Source of the DNA: Eledone cirrhosa
Taxonomy: Eukaryota
Direction: 5' to 3'
Length of the DNA: 64,000 nt
Assembly: GCA_964016885.1 (NCBI GenBank)
Contig: OZ024741.1
Location: 106,392,001 to 106,456,000, forward strand
The notes beneath the pieces are model-generated. The model was not told where the DNA came from. It worked only from the letters and a program-made list of their open reading frames with translations, and made no database searches. Below are positions 39,461 to 55,246 of the stretch, piece by piece. Within the stretch, counting starts at the first letter, position 1, and the number at the start of each line of letters is the position of its first letter. The position numbers were made by a program, and so were the translations under genes.

Positions 39461-39625
39461 TATGTACGTATGTATATATATATATATATGTATGTATGTA
39501 TATATATATATGTATATGTATATATGTATATGTATGTATGTATATATATGTATATATATATATATGTATGTATATATATATGTATATATATGTATATGTA
39601 TGTATGTATATATATGTATATATAC

Positions 39626-39656
<31 letters not shown>

Positions 39657-39660
39657 CATG

Positions 39661-39693
<33 letters not shown>

Positions 39694-39830
39694 GTATATA
39701 TGTATATATGTATGTATATATATGTATGTATGTATATATATGTATGTATGTATATATGTATGTATGTATATATATATGTTTGTATATATATGTATATAAA
39801 TATATATGTATATATATATATATATGTTTG

Positions 39831-39884
<54 letters not shown>

Positions 39885-39886
39885 TG

Positions 39887-39919
<33 letters not shown>

Positions 39920-39952
39920 GTTTGTATATTTATGTATGTATATATGTATATA

Positions 39953-40038
<86 letters not shown>

Positions 40039-40110
40039 TGTATATATATGTATGTATATATGTATATATATATGTATGTATATATATATATATGTATATA
40101 TATATGTATG

Positions 40111-40141
<31 letters not shown>
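38941..40141. repeat. Interrupted (TA)n/(TATG)n microsatellite
   Basis: Direct reading. Confidence 0.97.
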
Positions 40142-40406
40142 GCAAAAGTTCTATTTAAATTGTTGGGATACAACAAGCAAATATTTTTATAACTGATATA
40201 AAGCACTCGACAAGTAGTTGGAGTAAATTGATGTCTTCCAAAAGTAACGGTTGCATTTTAAGGGTACGTCAATGTTTATTTATAAAACTGGTATATATTG
40301 TATTTTGTCTGATGAAAGCATACCATAATTTAACATGGTATCCTTGAAATATGTATAATAAAATAGATATGGTTTTATAAATATAGTTTCTATTTGTTAA
40401 TATCGT
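40142..40406 (+). mobile_element. Solo pLTR-like fragment with hammerhead (40301-40365), same family as 44207-44671 and 54497-54838
   Basis: tattttgt CTGATGA aagcatacca...tggtatcctt GAAA tatgta TA ataaaata; 40142-40225 resembles the tail at 44207-44292. Confidence 0.8.
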
Positions 40407-40520
40407 ATGTATATATATATGTATGTATATATATATATGTATATATATATGTATGTATGTATATATGTATGTATATATCTATGTATGTATATATATATGT
40501 ATGTATATATATATGTATGT

Positions 40521-40551
<31 letters not shown>

Positions 40552-41087
40552 TGTATGTATGTATATATATATGTGTATGTATGTATATATATATATATGT
40601 GTATGTATGAATATTTATGTGTATGTATGAATATTTATGTATATGTATGTATATATATGTGTATGTATGTATATATATGTGTATGTATGTATATATATAT
40701 ATGTGTATGCATGAATATTTATGTATATGTATGTATATATATGTTTATGTATGTATGAATATATATGTATATATATGTATATATGTGTGTGTATGTATAT
40801 ATATGTATGTATATATATATATATATATGTGTATGTATATATATATATGTGTGTATGTATATATATGTATGTATATATATTTATATATATATATATATAT
40901 TTATATATGTATGTATGAATATGTGTATATATGTGTATGTATATGTATGTATGAATATGTGTATATAAGTGTATGTATATAAATGTATATACATGTAGGA
41001 GGTGAGTTTTATTGTAGTACAATAAAGCAATGCAGATATCGGATAAGAAGCACTCTACAGTTTGTAGGACTAGAGTATACATAATAT

Positions 41088-42906
41088 ATAAGATCAAAAG
41101 ATGGTTAAAAGAGTTCCATGTATTTTATTATGCGCATTTTCCTATTCTACCTCCTCCAACATTTCCAACATTATCTCTAAACACAACAATAAAATACTAA
41201 ATACTAAATCTCTTCCTTCCAACACTGAATATCATAATAATAGTAATAGTACTCCCGACGTCATTGTAAACTCTAGGCTAATTTCTGCAAACCCAAATAC
41301 AACGTCAAACACAACTTCGCTAAATGTTCTTAATCCCATTCTAAATCAAGAAACTATTATTCCTATCGTAAATAACTTCTCCAATCCAATTCCTTCTATA
41401 GATAACACTAGGTCACTCGTTAATAACTCTGCTAATCTCTCTAATCGCAATTGCAATTGCCCTGTTAAAAATAAATGTCCTCTCAACAACCATTGTCTTG
41501 AAAAAAACTTAATCTACGAATGTAAAGTTATAACTGACACCAATTCCTTCACCTATTTTGGCTCCACTTCCACCTCCTTTAAAGCTCGTCTTTATAATCA
41601 TCATTCGTCTTTTAAATACCAACTTAAAAGAACCAACACGGCACTCTCAGAACTCATATGGTCCTTGAAAGACAAAAATATTAAATATAACATTTCTTGG
41701 AAAAAGGTTTCTTCTGCTTCTCCATACTTGAACAGTTCTCTATCCAAGACTTGCAATCTCTGTTTAAATGAAAAATTTACCATTATATCTAATTTAGATT
41801 CTATAATAAATAGACGCACTGGCTTGTTTTCTCTCTGCTTGCATAAATTCCACAGAACATTCCATAAAGTATACAACTAATATCTAATACTTTATCAATT
41901 TAAAATCCTTTTCTCAAAGGCACATATATATATATATACTTCTTTAAAAATATACCCATCCTTCTACCTTATTTCAAAGTTATTTATTATACATTATATA
42001 ATACTAGTTACTCATTCTATATCACTCCTATTTATCACTTCCCTTTCTTCCTTTTCCTTTTCTTTTCCTTTTTCTTTTAATTTCTAACCCCTAATCTGTA
42101 CCTTTTCTCATTGTGCCTAACATAGAAACAATTATTACACAGTACAATATATTCTTACTTTATATCACCTTGAAAAAATCCTTCGTAAACATAAACATTT
42201 TTTGACGTTAGATTATTCATCCACAATTCATTATTTTTTTCTCCCTTTCATGCTCATCTAATATATCCTTACTTACATTACTATTGTTTTTTTAATAATA
42301 CATATGAACATTTTCTTTCCATCGCACATATTATTAAATCCTTAAATATTATTCTTAATACATATTAACATTTTCTTTCCATCGCACATACTATTAAACC
42401 CTTAAATATTATTCTTAATACATATTAACAATTTCTTTTCATCGCACATATTATTAAACCCTTCAATATACAAACCTTAACTTAACATTATTTTTCTCTT
42501 CGTTAATTTTCAAATTCTTTTAATTTATATATTATCTTCCAACGGTTTTTCAACCTCTCTATGTAAAACAATATATTTTTCTCAGTTATAAAAGCTCTCT
42601 CTCTCTCTCTATCACCCATCTCTCCTCCTATCGCATCCTTCCTCATTATACTCCTGCCCCTCCACTTTTTACTCTCATCTCCCCCCCCCCCCCCCTCAAT
42701 TTTTTTTCCCAATATCACACATCAATCTAAAACTACTTTTCATATGTTGATTTAAAACTGCACTATTCAGAAGTGTTTTTTAATCTTCATATCATGTCTT
42801 CCTATTTTATCTGATGAAAACACAAATGTTATTGCATGATGATATTTGTTTTTGAAATGCGCATAATAAAATACATGGAACTCTTTTAACCATCTTTTGA
42901 TCTTAT
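41088..42906 (+). mobile_element. 5'-truncated Naiad-like PLE: short inverted pLTR + GIY-YIG C-terminus (41140-41880) + 3' UTR/pLTR
   Basis: SYSTSSN, CNCPVKNKCPLNNHC, LIYEC...YFG, CNLC; 41088-41139 is the reverse complement of 42855-42906; 60-bp tandem repeat x3 at 42301-42470. Confidence 0.9.
42803..42873 (+). ncRNA. Type I hammerhead ribozyme in the Naiad-like 3' pLTR
   Basis: tattttat CTGATGA aaacacaaatgttatt...gatgatatttgttttt GAAA tgcgca TA ataaaata. Confidence 0.87.
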
Positions 42907-42937
42907 ATATAAATGTATATAAATATATATATATGTG

Positions 42938-43208
<271 letters not shown>

Positions 43209-43209
43209 A

Positions 43210-43270
<61 letters not shown>

Positions 43271-43274
<4 letters not shown>

Positions 43275-43365
43275 CGTTTCTGAATTTGTTTAGCAAGATT
43301 CTTTATCTGAAATCGTGTGTTGAAACCGATATTGTTATACTTTGGGAGGGTCATGTTGCCAATAA
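43271..43365 (-). mobile_element. 95-bp extreme 3' end of a family A PLE
   Basis: Reverse complement of 1791-1885; embedded in (TA)n. Confidence 0.9.
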
Positions 43366-43829
43366 TATATATATATATTATATAATATATATATATATAC
43401 ATACATGTATATATATATATATATATACATGTATATATATATATATACACATGTACATATATATATATACATACATACATATATGTATATATACATGTGT
43501 ATATATATATGTATATATATATATGTATATATATATATGTATATATATGTATATATATGTATATATATATATCTATATATTTGTATATATATATGTATAT
43601 ACATGTGTATATATACATGTATATATATGTGTATATATATGTGTATATATATGTGTATATATATATATATATATGTGTATATATATATATGTGTATATAT
43701 ATATGTGTGTATATATATATATATGTGCATATATATATATATATATATGTATATGTGTATATATATATATATGTGTATATATATGTATATGTGTATATAT
43801 GTATATATATACACATACAGAAATAGATT

Positions 43830-43870
<41 letters not shown>

Positions 43871-43874
<4 letters not shown>

Positions 43875-44168
43875 CTAGAAATTGATTAACATATAAATAA
43901 CATATAAATAGATACCTTATAATCATATTATAAGGTATCTATTTTTGAAGTTCTGGTTAACTTTATTTAGTTACCTACCTAGCTATGTGTGCTTACACAC
44001 TTGTAAAAATTATCTCCTGTGATTATTCATGTTTATTTATATGTTAATCAATTTCTAGTTATTATAAAATGCTCGGACCTATTCGTTAGAATCTTATAGC
44101 TTATTTTGCGGGTGATATGGCGCATGTCTTTCTGGCATGACACCCATAATTTTGATTATCTTAATTTT

Positions 44169-44172
<4 letters not shown>
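43871..44172. repeat. Short nested fold-back element with one-sided tail
   Basis: aactagaaattgattaacatataaataa (43873-43900) is inverted at 44033-44060; inner hairpin aaatagataccttataat-cat-attataaggtatctattt. Confidence 0.65.
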
Positions 44173-44206
<34 letters not shown>

Positions 44207-44208
<2 letters not shown>

Positions 44209-44666
44209 GGAAAGTTATATTTAAATTGTTGGGTTAACAACGAGTAAATATTTATAACTGATATAAAAGCACTCAACAAGTATTTGGAGTATATTTATGA
44301 TATTAAATAAATGGAAACTATATTTATAAAACCATATTTATTTCGTTATATATATTTCAGGGATATCATATTAACAATATGTTATGCCTTCTTCAGACAA
44401 AATACAATATAAACAGTCTTATAAATAAATAGATACGACATACCTTTCAATCACCTAGCATTTGGGAGGTTGATTTGGCAAATCAACTGCCAAATCAACC
44501 TCCCAAATGCAAGGTGATTGAAAGGTATGTCGTATCTATTAATTTATAAGACTGTTTATATTGTATTTTGTCTGAAGAAGGCATAACATATTGTTAATAT
44601 GATATCCCTGAAATATATATAACGAAATAAATATGGTTTTATAAATATAGTTTCCATTTATTTAAT

Positions 44667-44671
<5 letters not shown>
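44207..44671. mobile_element. Fold-back palindrome (~184-bp arms, 7-nt spacer) with a hammerhead on each strand (44339-44404 minus; 44564-44629 plus) and a ~90-bp tail
   Basis: 44297-44480 vs 44488-44671 is a near-perfect inverted repeat; tattttgt CTGAAGA...GAAA tatata TA acgaaata. Confidence 0.88.
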
Positions 44672-44741
<70 letters not shown>

Positions 44742-45494
44742 CTGTGTGTACATATGTGTATAGTATAATTTACTATATCTAGTATTTCTAGTATATTTGC
44801 AACCTCTCCATCCATCTTTTTTGTCTTCGAACCAAATTTCCTTTAGAAAGACAGATTTTGACCTTTTGATTTCTTAAAGACTATTTCCTAAAAAAACAAA
44901 AAGAAATAAAGACAAGGAAAAAATAATAAAAAATAACAATAACTATTTCAAACGACTCATCCCCATGGCTTGCTTAGAAATCTGAGACTAGTTAAAATAT
45001 ATTTTCTCTCATTTACATATCTTTATAAACATTATACACATAGAAAGGGCTACAAATGTAGAGACACGGTACAAACTCAAACTGTGCTATATACACTGAT
45101 ATGGCTACACACAGACATAGCTATACACACAGACAGAGCTACACAAGGACAAGGCGACACACACACAAATACTTGTGCAGTAAATCACATAAGAAATAAG
45201 TAAACAGGAAGATGTTTTATTTTATTTCAAATATTTTAGTTGAACAAATATTATCAACTTACTGTCCATTGTTGTTTGAATTTATCAATATAGTCATTTT
45301 AGTTTGGGAGTTCAGCATTTAGTGATGTGTGTATGTATTATGTATGTGTATATGTATAAATTTGTGTGAATAAATATATATATATATGTGTGTATGTATC
45401 TGTACACTCATACATATATGCACATACACATTTATACACACCTTCATACATTCATATATACATGCAAATATATATATTTGCACACACAGACATT

Positions 45495-46090
45495 TTCGTC
45501 ATCGTTTTTACATCCACCTTTCCATGCTTGCATGGGTTGGATGGGTCCTTCTCAGCATCGCATCTCTCCACTTGATGCATCTTATTCTTATTCTAACTAT
45601 TATACTCTTGGCACAACCTCCCCCACTGCTAATTAAGTCACTTAGGTAGCAGAAACTATCAACCACATCTATGGATCCTTCCTTTGACTGGAAAAGGTTT
45701 ATACTATTGGCACTCCTCCTCTGTATTTCTACTGTGCATCTTCTACAAACAAAGTTCTCTCTTCCTCTTAGTCTACTCATTATCCTACTACATCTTTTGT
45801 GTATCCAGGATTTACATTGTGAGTTTACGCCTACTCCTTTTCTGCATATTGAGCATGACTACTTTCCTGGGGGAATCAGGGTCCTATCTTCTCTCCTACT
45901 CACTATCAGTTTACTTTTTAATAAGTTTACTCTCAGGCCTTTTGATTCCAAATTTAGTTTCCATAATCGGAATTTATTTTCTAGCTCTTTTTTGGTTTCA
46001 GCTACCAGGACCAAATCATCTGTATAGAGAAGTTCCCATGGGCAGCCTGTTTTAAACTCCTCTGTTATGGCCCGAAAAACTATAATGGAA
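45495..46090 (-). mobile_element. Internally deleted, decayed RTE fragment related to 7143-10310
   Basis: [22 protein letters not shown] remnant, then a jump to the 3' end WRDAMLRRTHPTHASMERW and tail. Confidence 0.9.
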
Positions 46091-46654
46091 AAACACACAC
46101 ACACACACACACGCAAACACACACACGCACATATATATTTGCACACACACACGCATACATAATTATAGCAAATACATCATACATAAGTATTAAATAAACC
46201 ACAGAATCAAATTCGTTGAGGCTAGTTCCTATTTTTATGTCCCAAAAGTGGTTTTATAATTTTTATAAGTGATCTGCTCAACAACGCTGTGTTGAAATCT
46301 TGGTTTTAGATTAGCTGAGTAGCCATAAAACAAACAAAGAAAACAAACTTTTATTTGAAATTTTGGTACTGGCTCGAAGTTCTGTAGGAGCTTCGCCTTT
46401 GTCTCGGAAATTGATTATTAAAAAGACTATTAGAGTAGTTTATGTTAGCAATAACTTCTATTGGGATTCTGCCATCGAACATTGCTTTTGGCCAAGGATT
46501 TTACTGAACTGACAAGACGAACACATATTAGGGTATTGTTGTCTCTATAGCATCGTTTAAAAGTATACTCTGCTAAGGTTTTTTTTCGTATCTCCTTTCA
46601 TTGAGCGGTTATGGTGCAATGAGGTAGAAACAATTATATATCAATCTAAATTCT

Positions 46655-46724
<70 letters not shown>

Positions 46725-46734
46725 TGATGAGTAG

Positions 46735-49190
<2,456 letters not shown>

Positions 49191-49215
49191 ATTCGTGAGT
49201 GTATATATATATATA

Positions 49216-49518
49216 GGGCAAAGGGTAAAGATCCTTTTCGGTCACAAATAATCATGAAAGTTCCCCTCCGAGGCACAAGTCTAGGTAGGCAAGGTTGTTT
49301 GTAGAAGACCAGCAGTCGTCCATGCATACCGGTTTCCCCCCTCTCCACACCACTGATGTTTGCACCAGTGCCGTCGCAACTTATTTTAGAGCTGAGTAAA
49401 CTGGAGCAAAGTGAAATAAAGTGTCTTGTTCAAGGACACAACGCATCATCCGGTCCGAGAATCGAACTCACAACTTCACGATTGCATGCCCAACCGCTCT
49501 AAATACAAAGCCACGCGC
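49216..49518 (-). mobile_element. tRNA-derived SINE (head and core related to 3048-3190, different 3' part)
   Basis: 49390-49518 reverse-complements to a head with a gagttcgattc B box and ccttgaacaagacactttatttcac core. Confidence 0.8.
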
Positions 49519-49546
49519 TTGTGTGTGTGTGTGTGCGCGCGCGTGT

Positions 49547-49617
<71 letters not shown>

Positions 49618-49935
49618 TACACACAAGTGGAAGCTTAGTAAAATCGAAGCTTTGGCTGTGGCCAAGCAAAGTCGACCTACAATAAGGAATGAGTTAGCAA
49701 AGCACTCAATAAGGGTAGCTCCTTAGAGTAATAACATACGTTTAAATAGCTTGACAAATTGAACATTGCGGTAGGCAAAACCCAACCACACAATACCAAA
49801 GTAACGAAAGAACTAATCAGGTTAAAACAGATCGAACGCTATTCTGCAACACATCCGATGGTTCTATGAATCCGAAACCATCTATCCAACTTACGTAACA
49901 CGTAAGCTTGTGGTATTCCATGATCGAACAGCGGG

Positions 49936-50006
<71 letters not shown>

Positions 50007-50422
50007 ATGTGTATGCGTGTGTGTGTGTGCGTATGTGTGTGTGTATGTGTGTGTATGTTTGTGTGTGTGTGTGTGTATGTGTGTGTGTGTGTATGTATAT
50101 GTGTATGTATGTGTGTATGTGTATGTGTGTGTATGTGTATGTGTGTGTGTATGTGTATGTGTATGTGTGTGTGTATGTGTGTGTGGTTTGTGTATCGTTG
50201 ATGGAAGTGATCATGTGTGTATGGGTGTGTTTATGGATGTGTTTTGATATATTTAAGTTTCTGAATTTGTTATGTATTTGTTTTGTGTGTACATGTTTGC
50301 ATGAGTGTATGCTTATGTATATGCTTATGTATGAGTATGTGTTTCGGTGAGTTTATGCGGTTATTAGTTTGTATATGTTAGGGTGTTTATGCGTGTGTGC
50401 ATAAGCTTGTAAGAGTCTATCC

Positions 50423-50462
<40 letters not shown>

Positions 50463-50466
<4 letters not shown>

Positions 50467-50826
50467 GAAAATGAGGTTTTTTTTACAAAAGGAAAAATAA
50501 CCGAGGTGTCCTACACGAGTGAAAGTATAAAGAAAAAGAGATGAAATCGAAAATGCAACTGGAGTCTTATTTAAAAAAAATATATATATATTTATTTGGT
50601 TCCTTTACCGGTTTCGCAGTTCTTCTGCTTTTCAAAAGGTGAGTTGAGATGGAGGGTCTGTGGTTTTTCTCACATTAAGTTAATGTGAGAAAAACCACAG
50701 ACCCTCCATCTCAACTCACCTTTTGAAAAGCAGAAGAACTGCGAAACCGGTAAAGGAACCAAATAAATATATATATATTTTTTTTTAAATAAGACTCCAG
50801 TTGCATTTTCGATTTCATCTCTTTTT

Positions 50827-50833
<7 letters not shown>
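50463..50833. mobile_element. Near-perfect palindrome (~153-bp arms, 1-nt spacer at 50679) with a U3-A8 minimal hammerhead on each strand (50602-50639 minus; 50719-50756 plus) and a ~60-bp tail
   Basis: cacattaa g ttaatgtg centre; cctt TTGAAAA gcag-aagaa-ctgc GAAA ccgg TA aagg. Confidence 0.9.
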
Positions 50834-50875
<42 letters not shown>

Positions 50876-50985
50876 AATGAGAAGAGAGATGTAGTATCCA
50901 TAACTGTGATCGAAGTATGCGATGGAATTGTATGTAAGAGTCTATATACATATGTGTATATGTGTTTGTATATATATACATCGTT

Positions 50986-51033
<48 letters not shown>

Positions 51034-51072
51034 GAATGATAAATCCATATCTGTATATATACATCGTTTGTA

Positions 51073-51108
<36 letters not shown>

Positions 51109-51148
51109 GAATGATAAATCCATATCTGTATATATACATCGTTTGTGT

Positions 51149-51215
<67 letters not shown>

Positions 51216-51759
51216 TATAGAATGATAAATCCATATTTGTATATATACATCCTAGAGGTAGCTGAGATTGCGTTGATGTGTATAAATATTTAAGCAATGA
51301 GTATACAGACATGTCAAATATACGAATCTCCCTATACACTGAGAAAATGGTAAATATCATTAATCAATTTTCGAACCGAACCTAGTTGGGTTCTCCCCAG
51401 AAGATATGTATATCATCTAAACAACCACAAGGAAGTACGTTACCGAATTTACGCTTGCACGTGTTGGAGATATCGACTAGGGCTTATCTCAGTTCCACGA
51501 AGCTTTAAGCGATTGAACGTACAACACCCCTCTCTCCTTCAGATACCATTCATGTCCCCCTCAAGAGGAACGATGAGAAAAAGATCTCTTCAGACAGGTG
51601 ACAAGGCCTAAATGTTTGCAAGTGAGTAAACCCACCTAAAATGACCCAAGGATGAAATGGTCGTTTTAAACCGGTACATTTTAATCCGATGGGCTTTCGC
51701 AGATATTTCGTCCACCAAATTCCCCTCATACGGCTTTTGTGGTTAACCCTAGAATATAG

Positions 51760-51975
51760 TTGCCGAGCTGTCGTGAAATAAATTAATCCATATGCTATAT
51801 CCTCCATCGGTTTCGATGATGAGCATTCAGTCATCAATTGAACTTCTGACTTGTGAATTAAAGTATAAGTGGTTCAGTATTCTACAGACACGTGTATCTT
51901 TAACGTAATTTCCAAAGCGAATAAGTGTATCACACAGTGTGTGACAAGGCCAGACCTTTGAATTACAGGTAACAA
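51760..51975 (-). mobile_element. Probable decayed cephalopod-type SINE body fragment
   Basis: cagacacgtgtatctttaacgtaa...tgtgacaaggcc...tttgaattacaggta resembles octopus SINE sequence as recalled; not verified. Confidence 0.45.
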
Positions 51976-51989
51976 CCTGTTTACCGGGC

Positions 51990-52515
51990 TTCCAAATACT
52001 TTCCGCCTTCCTAATTTCACTCACAATGCTTAGGTCTAATCCAGAGGTTCCCAAAGTGGGTGCTACCCTCCCCCGGGGGTTAGAAGGTCCAGGGGGCGTT
52101 GGGGTCTAAGGGGACGGCGGGTTTAGAGGTAGAGATGATATAATAGTATATTAAATATCAAATGATACATATATATATAAATATAGTAAAAATAAAATAT
52201 ATATATTATTTAACAGTTTTGTAGCTTACATTTGTGTTTTATATATTATTTATTTATACATAGTATATATTGTTACTTATTATATATAAATTAACGATTT
52301 TATTTGCGTGTAGGTAGGTCTCTCTTGATATAGAAGCTGGGGGACGCTGAGGGTATTACGTGGCTGTGAGGGGGGCGGTGACCCCAAAAGTTTGAGAACC
52401 TCTGGTCTAAACGAAGCTATGGTAATGACACTTGTCTAAGATGTCACGCAGAGGGATCGAACACAGGGCGTTATGATTGCGAAGCAAACTTTTTAACCAC
52501 TCCGCCATCCCTGCG
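51990..52515 (-). mobile_element. Decayed tRNA-derived SINE interrupted by a hAT MITE
   Basis: Minus-strand head gcagggatggcggagtggttaaaaag...gtttcgatccc (A/B-box-like) at 52515-52450; the body appears to resume left of the MITE. Confidence 0.6.
52042..52404. mobile_element. Non-autonomous hAT (Buster/Charlie-like) MITE
   Basis: TIRs cagaggttcccaaagt / agtttgagaacctctg; 8-bp TSD gtctaatc / gtctaaac (7/8) with central TA. Confidence 0.85.
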
Positions 52516-52957
52516 ATATTTCTACATAAACAAGAATCTCCTCTCCCCTCTCTTCAAAAGTCAACAAATATCAAACCTGAAATAAAATTACATAAAGTGA
52601 AGCAGAAGACTTGATTGTTATGACGATCAGGTTTCGATATCTCTTTTAGGATGCCAGGGAGAAAGGGACAGCTATCTCGCTGGTGGGGGTGTTCGACTGA
52701 TCGGGCACCACAGGAAGGCTTACACAAATAGATTAGTTTATGGCACTAGTTTCAATAAGCTACCTGCTATCCACCCGACTGATATGTTATAATAGCAAGA
52801 ATTATTAAAAAATCTATCCAGAAGACGTCGAGGTAGAAATTAATCTAACCAACATCACACAACCCACTGAGTGTGTGAAGTTTTAATAACATAGATACCT
52901 GGGTGCAAAACACACATACACATATATGTACACAAACGCACATATATGCACACACAT

Positions 52958-53035
<78 letters not shown>

Positions 53036-53069
53036 GTATATGTATAAATATATATATATATATATTATA

Positions 53070-53143
<74 letters not shown>

Positions 53144-53267
53144 GTGTATATATATATATATATATATGTATGTATATATATATATATATGTATATGTATC
53201 TCTCTCTCTGTCTATATATATATATATAGAGAGAGAGATACATATACATATATATATATATATATAT

Positions 53268-53351
<84 letters not shown>

Positions 53352-53354
53352 TAC

Positions 53355-53385
<31 letters not shown>

Positions 53386-53571
53386 GTATATATATATCTC
53401 TCTCTCTATATATATATATGTATGTATGGATATATATGTTTATATATATGCACATATACACACAAATATAGCCATATATCCATTGCACTTGACAACACTG
53501 CCCACTAACAGTTATGAAACAATTAGCAATGCTCATAGACCGACACACATACAGACACAATGACACAAACA

Positions 53572-53623
<52 letters not shown>

Positions 53624-54170
53624 TATATATGTCTATGTGCGGGTGTGTTTGTGGCTGTGTGGGTGGGTGAAAAGAAGACATGGACAGACCGACAGTGTCA
53701 TATCGCAACGGTTATATATTTATAATACTACCAGATGCTTCACTTGTACACTCATGCACTCACACACACACGTAAACGCATACAAGCATACATATACGCA
53801 TACCTAAAGACACATGCTCACACACACACACACATACACATATATATATATATATATACATACACGTACACACATATGATAGTGTTAAGAGAATGTACTC
53901 TGGATCAAATATAGAACTAAACCCCAGGTATAACGAGCCAAACAGTGCAAATAGTTCACGTACCCGTGTGTAACTACCCCTCCCCCCACACACAAACTTA
54001 CTTATATAAGATATGCATGTATTTACAGATATATAAGTGTATATATTATTATACATACACACTAAAATGCATAAATATATTACAAAATGTATGCAGATAT
54101 GATTAAATATACACAAGGAGGAAAATGTATTTCGGTGGCATATATATCTACATACCTAACTACATACCTA

Positions 54171-54292
<122 letters not shown>

Positions 54293-54369
54293 TATATATA
54301 TATGTACATATATATATATATATGTACATATATATATATATATGTATTACATACATATGTACATATACA

Positions 54370-54464
54370 CAGGGTGTCCCAAAAATGTATACACACTTCG
54401 ATTACCTGTACAGGCAATATTCATTAGAATGCAGAGCCTTTGTGTATACATTTTTTGGGACACC

Positions 54465-54467
<3 letters not shown>
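54370..54467. mobile_element. 98-bp Tc1/mariner-like MITE
   Basis: TIRs cagggtgtcccaaaaatgtatacaca / tgtgtatacattttttgggacaccctg in TA context; an extra partial TIR at ~54876-54895. Confidence 0.8.
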
Positions 54468-54496
<29 letters not shown>

Positions 54497-54499
<3 letters not shown>

Positions 54500-54834
54500 G
54501 ATATTAAATAAATGAAATGGAAACTATATTTATAAAACCATATTTATTCTATTATATATATTTCAAGGGTACCAAAAAACGTTGGTACGCTTTCATCAGA
54601 TAAAATACAAAGTGTGTTTTATAGATTTTGACATAGCCAAATAAACATACCTTATCAGTTGGATTTTTGGACTATCCAAGGAAAATCCAACTGATGAGGT
54701 ATGTTTCCTTGGCTATGTCAAAATTTATAAAACACACTTTGTATTTTATCTGATGAAAGCGTACCAAAGTTTTTGGTACCCTTGAAATATATATAATAGA
54801 ATAAATATAAATATAATTTCCATTTATTTAATAT

Positions 54835-54838
<4 letters not shown>
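54497..54838. mobile_element. Older fold-back palindrome with a hammerhead on each strand (54545-54607 minus; 54742-54803 plus)
   Basis: Inverted arms with several mismatches around ~54675; tattttat CTGATGA aagcgtacca...tggtaccctt GAAA tatata TA atagaata. Confidence 0.85.
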
Positions 54839-54878
<40 letters not shown>

Positions 54879-54919
54879 GTGTCCCAAAAAATGTATGTTT
54901 CGATATTGTACATCGATCC

Positions 54920-54924
54920 ATCTG

Positions 54925-55008
<84 letters not shown>
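54920..55008. repeat. (TCTA)n microsatellite, left flank of the Tx1 element
   Basis: Direct reading. Confidence 0.95.
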
Positions 55009-55009
<1 letters not shown>

Positions 55010-55246
55010 TTATAATAATCTAGCTGTCGTCTGTTCTACAGTGTGGATGTCATTCACTTCGCACAGAAGTTTTGTTCAAATTTATTGAGGAAATTTTGTG
55101 AGTTCAAACTTAATTTTGATACAATTGTGTAGCTTGACCCTCCGTCTGAACTGCCAGGCGGTGGGTCAGCTCATCTTTACCCCTCCTAGAGGTGAAAAAC
55201 CTGTTTTAAAAAATTTTGTGTAAAAAATTTCAATCGTCTAACAGAA

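Noticed and set aside
42301-42470. CRISPR-like array (also 51025-51250)
   Set aside because: Simple tandem repeats without unique spacers, in eukaryotic context with no cas genes
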